Positions 47,925 through 56,115 of a stretch of DNA of 64,000 nt are shown here, piece by piece. The stretch lies in the NCBI GenBank assembly GCA_963767925.1, contig CAVYGB010000008.1, positions 640,001-704,000 of the forward strand, given 5' to 3'. Position 1 is the stretch's first letter. Every line of letters begins with the position of its first letter. Source of the stretch: an uncultured delta proteobacterium. Its GTDB lineage: Bacteria > Myxococcota_A > Polyangia > Fen-1088. A model generated the notes under the pieces. That model had not been told where the DNA came from. It searched no databases and saw only the letters and a list, made by a program, of their open reading frames with translations. The position numbers and the translations under genes are program-made.

Positions 47925-48587
47925 ATGTCTCCCAGAAGCCGCTCCAGCGCGGTGGGGAAGCGGGAGGAGGCGTCGTACGTGCTGGTAGATGAAGCCGATC
48001 TGGCCCGGGCGCTGCTCGAGGGGCGGCCGGGAGCTGCGCCTCAGGCGTGGCGACGGTTCTATCCGATCGTCATCTCTACCTTGCGCCGGCTGCTCGGGCC
48101 GGGGGACGACCTGCCCGACCTCGCCCAGGACGTGTTCGCCCGCTTCTTCGCCAAGCTGCGTGATCTGAGGAAGCAGGGCTCGATCCGGGCGTTCGTCACC
48201 GGCATCGCCTTCCGCCGCGCGCGCGAGGAGATGAAGCGCCGTCGGGTGCGCCGGACCTCGGCCAACCTGGTCCTGCACCACCTCAACGAGATCTCGCTGG
48301 CCGGCGTCACCGATCCCGACCGCCGGCATGCCGCCGGCCGCCTCTACGGCATGATGTCGCATCTCAGTGAAAACGATCGCAGCGCCTATACACTGCGGTT
48401 CGTCGAGGGGCTCGAGCTCAACGAGATCGCCACCACCCTCCAGATCTCCCTGTCGACCGTCCGGCGCAGCATCCGGCGGGCGTCGGAGCAGCTCGACCGC
48501 CTCGTGAAGAGCGACCCGATGCTCGCGTCGTTCAGCGAGGCCACCCCCGCCGCGCGCCGGCGTTCACCCGCTCTGCGCCCCCGCTGA
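47925..48587 (+). CDS. ECF RNA polymerase sigma factor
   Basis: Region 2 DLAQDVFARFF..SIRAFVTGIAFR; region 4 LRFVEGLELNEIATTLQISLSTVRR. Confidence 0.88.
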   Translation: MSPRSRSSAVGKREEASYVLVDEADLARALLEGRPGAAPQAWRRFYPIVISTLRRLLGPGDDLPDLAQDVFARFFAKLRDLRKQGSIRAFVTGIAFRRAREEMKRRRVRRTSANLVLHHLNEISLAGVTDPDRRHAAGRLYGMMSHLSENDRSAYTLRFVEGLELNEIATTLQISLSTVRRSIRRASEQLDRLVKSDPMLASFSEATPAARRRSPALRPR

Positions 48588-49616
48588 GGGGCCGCGCAGC
48601 CGGGCCGAAACCCGCTTGAGCGCCTGCTCGGCCAGCCGGGCGTAGCGCAGCGAGCGGCGGCCGGCGGGCACCGTCTCGATCCCGGGAAACACGCTCAGCG
48701 TCTCGGCCGCGCCCGCCCGCAGCCGCCGGGCCAGCGCGCCCACCGACTCGACCTGCAGCTCGTCGCGGTTGTCCCGCAGGTAGCTGCAGAGCTGCCGCCA
48801 GCGGTGCTGGTTGATCCAGTTGGCGTGTCCGAGCTTCGCTCCCGGGTCGTCCACGAAGAAGAACTCGAAGCAATGGGTCACCACCGTGACCTCGGGGATC
48901 TGCAGCCGCGCCGCCGTCTCCAGGTAGTGGCGCATCTCCGCGAAGGAGATGGCCGTGACCTGCAGGTGGCGGTAGCCGCCGCCCGCCTCGACGAAGTTGC
49001 TCACCGGCAGCTCCCAGACGTCGTCGCTCGCCGAGAACAGGGCGTTGGCCGGGGTGGGCCAGTCGATGGCGCAGCCTCGCGAGAGGTAACTCAGGTTGAG
49101 GTTCGAGGAGACCGAGAGCCCGGTGGAGGCCATGGCCCGCCAGGTGTCGTTGTTGGCCGCGAAGTGCCCGGCCCGGAAGGCCACCAGCTCCTGGGGCCGG
49201 GCACCGGCCTTCTGCAAGATCTCCAGCCCGTCGGCCAGCAGCTTGCTCTGGGCCTCGACGTCGTAGGCCGCCATCTGATCGGCCGGCGGCTGCTCGCCCT
49301 TGCTGGACCAGTCAGCCCGCTGCTGGATGGGGTGGGCGTGGAGCTGGACGTCCTGCCCGGCCGCGCGGAGGGCATGGCAGACGTCCGCCAGCCCCTGGGC
49401 CCCGAAGTACGACGATCCGAACGGCTCGACGAAGAAGGTCGCCACCAGGCCGCAGCGCCGGAGCTCGGCGAGCATCATCGCCAGCCCCAGCTCGCGGCGC
49501 TGGTTGGCGAAGCGCCCCCACACCCGCAGGTCGTAGCCGAGGGGGGGCTGGAGCTGGCCCCCCCGCATGCGCTCCTCGGCGCACTCGACGTCGACCGTGA
49601 GGTAGACCCGGGTCAT
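48564..49616 (-). CDS. Polysaccharide deacetylase (CE4-like)
   Basis: LTVDVE, ATFFVEP, DVQLHAHP, AFRAG, WELPV; 4-bp overlap with wecB. Confidence 0.85.
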   Translation of the reverse strand: MTRVYLTVDVECAEERMRGGQLQPPLGYDLRVWGRFANQRRELGLAMMLAELRRCGLVATFFVEPFGSSYFGAQGLADVCHALRAAGQDVQLHAHPIQQRADWSSKGEQPPADQMAAYDVEAQSKLLADGLEILQKAGARPQELVAFRAGHFAANNDTWRAMASTGLSVSSNLNLSYLSRGCAIDWPTPANALFSASDDVWELPVSNFVEAGGGYRHLQVTAISFAEMRHYLETAARLQIPEVTVVTHCFEFFFVDDPGAKLGHANWINQHRWRQLCSYLRDNRDELQVESVGALARRLRAGAAETLSVFPGIETVPAGRRSLRYARLAEQALKRVSARLRGPSAGAQSG

Positions 49617-50704
49617 CTGAGTCGTTCGACGATCGCCGAGACGATCCGGGGCGCCGTCTTGCCGTCCCACAGCTCGGGGACGGGGTGGGGCGCGCCCACC
49701 TCCAGCTCCAGCGCCCGTCGGGCCTCGCGCGAGATGACCTCGGGATCGGTGCCACACAGCCGGTTCGTGCCCTGCGAGATGGTGACCGGACGTTCCGTGT
49801 TCTCGCGCAGGGTCAGGCAGGGGATACCGAGCACCGTGCTCTCCTCCTGCAAACCGCCCGAGTCGGTCAGCACCAGGCGGGCCTGCGAGGTGAGCGACAG
49901 GAACTCGAGGTAACCCAGGGGGTCGGTGACGATCAGCCCGGGCGTCTTCTCGAGCCGATTGCCCAGCCCCGCGACGCTGGCCTGCCGCCGGGTCCGGGGG
50001 TGGATCGGGAACACCACCGGGACCTTCTGACATATCTCCACGACGGTTTCGAGGATGCGCCCCAGGACCGCCGGGTCGTCGACGTTGGAAGGACGGTGCA
50101 GGGTCAGGACCCCATAGGCGTGGGGTGTCAACCCGAAGCGGTCGGCTACCTTGAGCCCGCGCGCGCGCGGCAGATGCTCGAGCAAGGTGTCGATCATCAC
50201 ATTTCCTACCCGGACGATGCTCTCGGGCGAGCAGCCCTCGCGGCGGAGATTTTCATCGCCGTCGGGCGAGGGGGTCAGCAGCAGGTCGGCGAGGGAGTCG
50301 GTGACGACCCGATTCACCTCCTCCGGCATGGACCAGTCGCCCGAGCGCAGGCCCGCCTCCACATGGGCGCAATAGAGACCCATCTTGGCTGCCACGATGG
50401 ACGCCGCCATGGTGCTGTTGACGTCCCCCACCACCAGGACCGCGCGCGGTCGCTTCTCGGTGAAGAAACGTTCCAGGCCGACCATGACCGCTCCGGTCTG
50501 TTCGGCGTGGCTACCCGAGCCCACACCGAGGTCGACGATGGGCCGGGGCATGCCCAGATCTTCGAAGAAGACCTTCGACATGGCGGCGTCGTAGTGTTGA
50601 CCGGTGTGGATCAGCTCGTGAGCGACCCCCGCCCGGCGAAAGGCGGCGTGTATGGGCGCCGCTTTCATGAAGTTCGGTCTGGCTCCGACGATGGTAACAA
50701 TCAC
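49613..50704 (-). CDS. wecB: UDP-N-acetylglucosamine 2-epimerase (non-hydrolysing)
   Basis: VGARPNFMK, HTGQHYD, VGDVNST, HVEAGLRS, MPEEVNR, TLHRPSNVD, TDSGGLQEE, LRENTERP, WDG. Confidence 0.95.
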   Translation of the reverse strand: MIVTIVGARPNFMKAAPIHAAFRRAGVAHELIHTGQHYDAAMSKVFFEDLGMPRPIVDLGVGSGSHAEQTGAVMVGLERFFTEKRPRAVLVVGDVNSTMAASIVAAKMGLYCAHVEAGLRSGDWSMPEEVNRVVTDSLADLLLTPSPDGDENLRREGCSPESIVRVGNVMIDTLLEHLPRARGLKVADRFGLTPHAYGVLTLHRPSNVDDPAVLGRILETVVEICQKVPVVFPIHPRTRRQASVAGLGNRLEKTPGLIVTDPLGYLEFLSLTSQARLVLTDSGGLQEESTVLGIPCLTLRENTERPVTISQGTNRLCGTDPEVISREARRALELEVGAPHPVPELWDGKTAPRIVSAIVERLR

Positions 50705-50794
50705 AGCAGCAAACCTACCATTGGCAAAGTGGTGTGGCTTCGACGTCGGCGCGCTGTCGCTCCGACCGCCGGAGCGGGATGAGAGAAATTGAGC

Positions 50795-52009
50795 ATGCTC
50801 GAAGGTGAGAACATCGTCTGTTTCGCCAAGGATTGGAGTGAAGATCCGACCAGCAACAACCACGTCATGCGGTTGCTGGCCCGCAAGAACAACGTCCTGT
50901 GGCTCAATTCGATCGGCTTGCGGAAGCCGAAGCTGAGCGATCGGGGCGATCTCCGCAAAATGGCGGAGAAACTGCGGGGGTTCGCCAAGGGCCCGGTCCA
51001 GGTCGACGAACGGATGTGGGTGTTCACACCGCTCGTCGTACCTTTGCCCGCCTCGCCCTGGGCGGGGGCCATCAACCAGCAGATCCTGCGCTACTCGCTG
51101 CGCTGGCTGCGCCGCCGGCTGGGGATGGACCGCTACCAGCTCTGGACCTTCCTGCCGAGCGCGGTCCAGCACCTGGGGGCCCTGGATCCTTCGCTGGTGG
51201 TCTATTACTGCACCGACGAGTTCTCCCAGTTCTCCTATCTGGATCGGGAGAAGATGCAGGCCTGGGATACAGAGCTGTGCCGGCGGGCCGACGTGGTCTT
51301 CACCACCGCCACCCCTCTGCTGGAGAAGCGCAAGCCACTCAACCCGGAGACCCACCTGGCCCTGCACGGGGTCGACCACCAGCACTTCGCCCAGGCGCTG
51401 CGCGAGGACACCGCCGTCGCCTCCGAGCTGTCCGGGGTGGGCAAGCCCATCCTGGGCTTCTTCGGCCTCATCCACGACTGGATCGATCTCGATCTCATCG
51501 CCTACGTCGCCGAGCAGCGGCCGAGCTGGAGCATCGTCCTCATCGGCAAGCCGGGGGTGGACGTCTCGCGCCTGCAGCGGTACTCCAACATCCGCCTGCT
51601 GGGGCGGCGGCCGTACGCCGATCTCCCCCGCTACTGCAAGGGCTTCTCGGTCGGGCTGCTCCCTTTCGCCATCAACGAGCTGACCCGCAACGTGAACCCC
51701 ATCAAGATGCGGGAGTACCTCTCGGCCGGCCTGCCGGTCGTGTCGACCGACCTGCCCGAGGTGCGGTCCCAGAAGCTGTGCCGGGTGGCCGGCACCCGGG
51801 AGGCCTTCCTCGAGGCCTGCGAGCAGGCCATCACCACCGACAGCGAGGTCGAGCGGCGGCGGCGCAGCGAGGCCATGAAGAAGGAGACCTGGGAGGTGAA
51901 GGTCGACGAGATCGGCCGCATCGTGCGGGCGGTGGCCGACCGCAAGCGGGCCGGCACCTCCCAGCCCGGCGCCGCCCGCCAGGGCAGCGTCATCGCGCTG
52001 GCCAAATAG
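50795..52009 (+). CDS. Glycosyltransferase, GT4 (TuaH-like)
   Basis: DWSEDPTS, VYYCTDEF, ADVVF, HGVD, GFFGLI..WID, LPF..NPIKMREYLSAGLPVVS. Confidence 0.88.
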   Translation: MLEGENIVCFAKDWSEDPTSNNHVMRLLARKNNVLWLNSIGLRKPKLSDRGDLRKMAEKLRGFAKGPVQVDERMWVFTPLVVPLPASPWAGAINQQILRYSLRWLRRRLGMDRYQLWTFLPSAVQHLGALDPSLVVYYCTDEFSQFSYLDREKMQAWDTELCRRADVVFTTATPLLEKRKPLNPETHLALHGVDHQHFAQALREDTAVASELSGVGKPILGFFGLIHDWIDLDLIAYVAEQRPSWSIVLIGKPGVDVSRLQRYSNIRLLGRRPYADLPRYCKGFSVGLLPFAINELTRNVNPIKMREYLSAGLPVVSTDLPEVRSQKLCRVAGTREAFLEACEQAITTDSEVERRRRSEAMKKETWEVKVDEIGRIVRAVADRKRAGTSQPGAARQGSVIALAK

Positions 52010-52127
52010 CCCGCAAAAATAGCCCGCAACATCGTCCGATCGATCCGCCGCCGGTCGCTCCGCCCGTCGGGGCGCCGGCGAGCGGCTCGATCCCACGAGC
52101 GTCCCCCCGTCGGGTAATGTCGGGGCG

Positions 52128-53414
52128 ATGCGTCCTCGGTTCCGCGGGTGTGGCTGGCGGCTCGCCCTGCTGCTCGCCCTTCACCTCCTGCCGGTGGAGT
52201 CCGCGCGGGGTGCCGGGCCGGTGGCCGAGGCCGAGGTGCTGGCCGCCAGCGTCTCGCCCGACGGCGCGGCCCGCCTGGCGGCCACCGCGTCGCTGGCCCG
52301 GCTGGCGACGCCCGCAGCGCGCGACCGCCTGAGGTTGATGGCCCACGCCGACCGCGACCCCCGGGTGCGGGTCTCGGCGATCCGCCTGCTGGCCGGCAGC
52401 CGCGACCCGGAGGTGGGCGGCTTGCTGCGGGCCATCGCGGTCAACGATCCCGACCCCACCGTCCGCGGCGAGGCCGCGGGGGCCCAGGGGCGGGTCGAGG
52501 CCTTCGACCGCCGCCCCGGCCGCGCCGCCGGGTACGGGCTGCTCTGTCCGGGCTGTGGCTACTTCTACCTGCGCCAGCCCGGACAGGCGGCCCGCTACCT
52601 CGGCGCCACCGCGGCGCTGCTGGGGACCGGCCTGGCCTTGCTGGACGGCAGGGGATCGCCGATGGGGGAGGGCCCCGGCCCCCGCATGCAGCCGACCACC
52701 GCACCGCTGGCGCTCCCCCTGCTGAACGCCGCCCAGAACCTGTGGTTCTACGGCGTCTTCGCCAGCTACCGGGACGCGCGCCTGCGCCGGGGCGACGAGG
52801 GCTACACCTACCCGGTCAGCCGGGAAGAGCTCCCCGCGCTCGCCCTGGCCCCCTTCCGTCCCTCGGTGCTGTCCCGCCCCTGGTTCTGGGCCGGCCTGCC
52901 CGTCCTGCTGGGCGCCGCGATCGCCTACTCCGCCGTCCTCGAGCCCGACGAGCCAGGGCGGGGCAACCGCACGCTCGGCGAGGGCGGCGGCGTCTGGTTC
53001 CTCGGCCGCCGCTTCGGCACCCGCACCGGCTTCGCCCTCGGCGAGGCCTACTTCGGCGGCCTGTTCCTGCCGGTGGGGGTGGGAGAAGAGGCGCTGTTCC
53101 GGGGGGTCCTCCAGCCGGGACTGAGCGAACAGCTCGGGCTGTGGCCGGGCTGGGCGCTCGCCTCGGTCATCTTCGGCGCGATCCACACCTTCAACTTCCT
53201 CGGCGAGGAGGACGGCCTGCGCATCGCCGCCCGGGCGGTCCCCTTCATCACCGCCACCGGGTCGTACCTCGGCCTGGTGGCCATCCGGACCGGCTTCCAG
53301 CTCGAGACCAGCGTGGCGTTGCACTTCTGGTACAACTTTCTCCTGGGAACGACGGGCTTCCTTTTCGACCCGGATAACCAGCCGTTCGCCCTGCGTTTCG
53401 GATTGCCGTTTTGA
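52128..53414 (+). CDS. HEAT-repeat + CPBP (CAAX protease/Abi) intramembrane glutamic protease fusion
   Basis: Signal peptide, HEAT units DPRVRVSAI and DPTVRGEAA; GEEALFRG, FGAIH, HFWYN CPBP motifs. Confidence 0.82.
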   Translation: MRPRFRGCGWRLALLLALHLLPVESARGAGPVAEAEVLAASVSPDGAARLAATASLARLATPAARDRLRLMAHADRDPRVRVSAIRLLAGSRDPEVGGLLRAIAVNDPDPTVRGEAAGAQGRVEAFDRRPGRAAGYGLLCPGCGYFYLRQPGQAARYLGATAALLGTGLALLDGRGSPMGEGPGPRMQPTTAPLALPLLNAAQNLWFYGVFASYRDARLRRGDEGYTYPVSREELPALALAPFRPSVLSRPWFWAGLPVLLGAAIAYSAVLEPDEPGRGNRTLGEGGGVWFLGRRFGTRTGFALGEAYFGGLFLPVGVGEEALFRGVLQPGLSEQLGLWPGWALASVIFGAIHTFNFLGEEDGLRIAARAVPFITATGSYLGLVAIRTGFQLETSVALHFWYNFLLGTTGFLFDPDNQPFALRFGLPF

Positions 53415-53417
53415 TAT

Positions 53418-54719
53418 ATGGTCGCCGTGGCCCCCGCTCCGGTTGCTGCTCTCCTCGTCGCGATCGACATGGGCTACGGCCACCTGCGCGCGGCCATCGC
53501 GCTCGGCAGCGCCCTCGGCCTGCCGGTCTCCTGCATCGATGAGGAGCCCCTGGCCGACGCGGCCGAGCGCCGGATCTGGGACCGGACACGCCGGGTTTAC
53601 GAGTTCGTGTCGCGGGCGTCACAACTTCCGCTGGTCGGTGGTCCCTTCGACTTCGCGCTCGGCACCCTCACCTCGATCCCCGCGCTCTACCCGATGCGCG
53701 ATCTGTCGGCCCCCACCATGCCGGTCCGCTACCTGGCGCGGTCGGCGCGCAAGGGCCTGGGCCGCGGCCTGGTCGAGCACCTGCGCCGGACCGGCGATGC
53801 CCTGCTGACGACCTTCTACGCGCCGGCGGTGCTCGCCGACATGGCCGGCTGCGAGCGGGTCTTCTGCGTCGTCACCGACGCCGACGTCAACCGGATCTGG
53901 GCGCCGCCCGACGTGACCAAGACCCGGATCCGCTACCTGGTCCCGGGGCACCGGACCGCCCGCCGGCTGCAGGCCTACGGGGTGCCCGCCAGCCAGATCT
54001 CGCTCACCGGCTTTCCCCTGCCGCCCGAGCTGCTCGGGGGGCGCGACCTGCCGGTGCTCAAGCAAAATCTGGCTGCCCGCCTCAGCCGCCTCGATCCCAC
54101 CGGCGCCTTCCGGGGCGCCTACGGCGACGAAGTGGACCACTTCCTGGCCACCGCGCCTTCCCCCCAGGCCAGCCGCATCCCGCTCGTCACCTTCGCGGTG
54201 GGCGGGGCGGGGGCCCAGGCCGGCCTGTCCCGGCGGTTCTTGCCCGGGTTTCGCCGGCCCATCGAGGAGGGGCGGCTGCGGCTGGCCCTGGTGGCGGGCA
54301 TCCGGAGCGAGGTGGCGGGCATCTTCCAGCACGCGCTCGAGGAGGCGGGCCTCGCCGGGCACCTGGGCAAGGGGGTCGAGATCCTCCACGAGCCCGATCA
54401 CCTCCGCTACTTCCGGCGCTTTCACGCCCTGCTGGCCGAGACCGACGTGCTCTGGACCAAGCCGAGCGAGATGACCTTCTTCGGGGCCCTGGGCCTGCCC
54501 CTGCTGCTGGCGCCCCCCGTGGGGCGCCACGAGTCCTACAACCTGCGCTGGGCGCGCGAGGCCGGAGTGGGGCTCAAGCAGCGCGACGCCCGCTTCGTGG
54601 CCGAGCGGCTGCTCGACTGGATCGACGACGGCACCCTGGCGGGCGCCGCCTGGTCCGGCTTCATGCGGCTGCCGAAGTTCGGGACCTACCGGATCGCCGA
54701 CCTGGTCACAGCCGGTTGA
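53418..54719 (+). CDS. GT-B glycosyltransferase-like protein (MGDG synthase/GT28-related)
   Basis: DMGYGHLRAA, VVTDAD, TGFPLP, VGGAG, LWTKPSE, PPVGRHESYN. Confidence 0.65.
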   Translation: MVAVAPAPVAALLVAIDMGYGHLRAAIALGSALGLPVSCIDEEPLADAAERRIWDRTRRVYEFVSRASQLPLVGGPFDFALGTLTSIPALYPMRDLSAPTMPVRYLARSARKGLGRGLVEHLRRTGDALLTTFYAPAVLADMAGCERVFCVVTDADVNRIWAPPDVTKTRIRYLVPGHRTARRLQAYGVPASQISLTGFPLPPELLGGRDLPVLKQNLAARLSRLDPTGAFRGAYGDEVDHFLATAPSPQASRIPLVTFAVGGAGAQAGLSRRFLPGFRRPIEEGRLRLALVAGIRSEVAGIFQHALEEAGLAGHLGKGVEILHEPDHLRYFRRFHALLAETDVLWTKPSEMTFFGALGLPLLLAPPVGRHESYNLRWAREAGVGLKQRDARFVAERLLDWIDDGTLAGAAWSGFMRLPKFGTYRIADLVTAG

Positions 54720-56112
54720 GCGGCCCGGTCCCCATCGCGGTGTAGCCGTAGCTGTCCACCGAGACGCCCAGGCTGCGGGCGATGCTCACCAGCAGCTTGG
54801 CGTGGGTCTCGTTCTTGCCGCCCATGCCCTGGTTCTTGTAGCTGAGGAAGCGCCCGCCCCGCAGGCCGGCCCGGGCGCCGCCCGCCAGCACGAAGGGCAT
54901 CTGGTTGTGGTCGTGCAGGTCCCCGTCGTTGATGTCCGAGCAGAGGAACAGCACCGTGTGGTCGAGCAGGTTGCTGTCTCCGTAGGGCACCGCCTTCAGG
55001 CGCTGCACCAGCTCCGCGAAGCGCTCCATGAAGAAGCGGCGGTATTTCGTGTAGAGGACGGCGTTGGCCCCGGCGGGATTGACCCCGTAGTGGGAGGCGT
55101 CGTGGTTGCCGAGGTTGCCGTTGAGGCCCGGCACCTTGGTGGGGCTGACCGCGTGAGACCACATCAAGGTGGTGACGTGGGTGAGGCTGCAGGAGAGGGC
55201 CAGCACCATGAGGTCGGTCTGCAGTTGCCCGACCACCGTGAAGTTTTCGGCCTTGTGGTAGCTCTTGGGGTAACCGGTGTCGACGTTGCGGTAGCCCACC
55301 CGGTTGAAGCTGCTGGCGTCGCAGGCGGGGGCGGGGGTGCCGCCGCTGCCAACCGGAGGCATCACCAGCCCCGAGAGCCTGTTCTCCACTTCGCGCAGGG
55401 ACTGCAGGTGGGTGTCGAGGCGGGCCTTCTCGGCGGTGCCGAGGCGGGACTGCAGCGACGTGAGATCGCCCCGCATGGCATCGAGGATGCTCTTCTTCTG
55501 CTTGCCCACCAGATCGACGCCCCCGCCCGGCATGCCCCCGCCCGGGGCCGGCAGCTGCCCTCCGAACACCCGGTTGAACACGTTGAGGGGATTGTCGTCG
55601 GGCTTCACCTCCTGGCCGGTGCCGATGAAGGAGAAGCTGCCCGAGCCGTTCTCGAAGTTGGTGGCCACCCCGAGCTGGAGCGAGTCGAAGGGAGCCGAGC
55701 CCTTGAGCTTCTGGCCCAGGAAGACGTCGAGCGACTGGGGCGCGGTCGCCGTGAGCACCTTCTTGGTGCCGCCGGGGTGGGTGGGCTCGCCGCCGGGCAT
55801 GCCCACCCCCTCGAAGAAGATGCAGTCGTTGCGGATGGCCGAGAGCGGCTCGCTCATGGTCGGCAGGGTGAAGTCGGTCTCGCTGCCCTGGGGGTACCAG
55901 AGGGAGGGGACCACCCCGTCGGGCACGAAGATCGCCACGAAGTTCAGGGGCGCCGCCGCCTGTGCCTTCGAGGTGCGGCCCAGCCAGGGGAGCTGCAAGG
56001 CGGCGCCGCTGGCGATCGCCCTGTGCAGGAAGCCCCGGCGCGAGATCCGGTTGTGCGAGGAGCTGACCGCCCGGATCGCCGGCTGCGGCCTCTGCGGCTT
56101 GTCGTATTTCAT
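54706..56112 (-). CDS. DUF1552 domain Tat-exported protein
   Basis: ISRRGFL; FVPDG, SLDVFL, NPLNVFNRVFG, KSILD, EKARLDTHLQSLREVENRL, LALSCSLTHV, HDASH, LLDHT, HDHNQMPFVLAGG. Confidence 0.9.
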   Translation of the reverse strand: MKYDKPQRPQPAIRAVSSSHNRISRRGFLHRAIASGAALQLPWLGRTSKAQAAAPLNFVAIFVPDGVVPSLWYPQGSETDFTLPTMSEPLSAIRNDCIFFEGVGMPGGEPTHPGGTKKVLTATAPQSLDVFLGQKLKGSAPFDSLQLGVATNFENGSGSFSFIGTGQEVKPDDNPLNVFNRVFGGQLPAPGGGMPGGGVDLVGKQKKSILDAMRGDLTSLQSRLGTAEKARLDTHLQSLREVENRLSGLVMPPVGSGGTPAPACDASSFNRVGYRNVDTGYPKSYHKAENFTVVGQLQTDLMVLALSCSLTHVTTLMWSHAVSPTKVPGLNGNLGNHDASHYGVNPAGANAVLYTKYRRFFMERFAELVQRLKAVPYGDSNLLDHTVLFLCSDINDGDLHDHNQMPFVLAGGARAGLRGGRFLSYKNQGMGGKNETHAKLLVSIARSLGVSVDSYGYTAMGTGPLNRL

Positions 56113-56115
56113 CAG

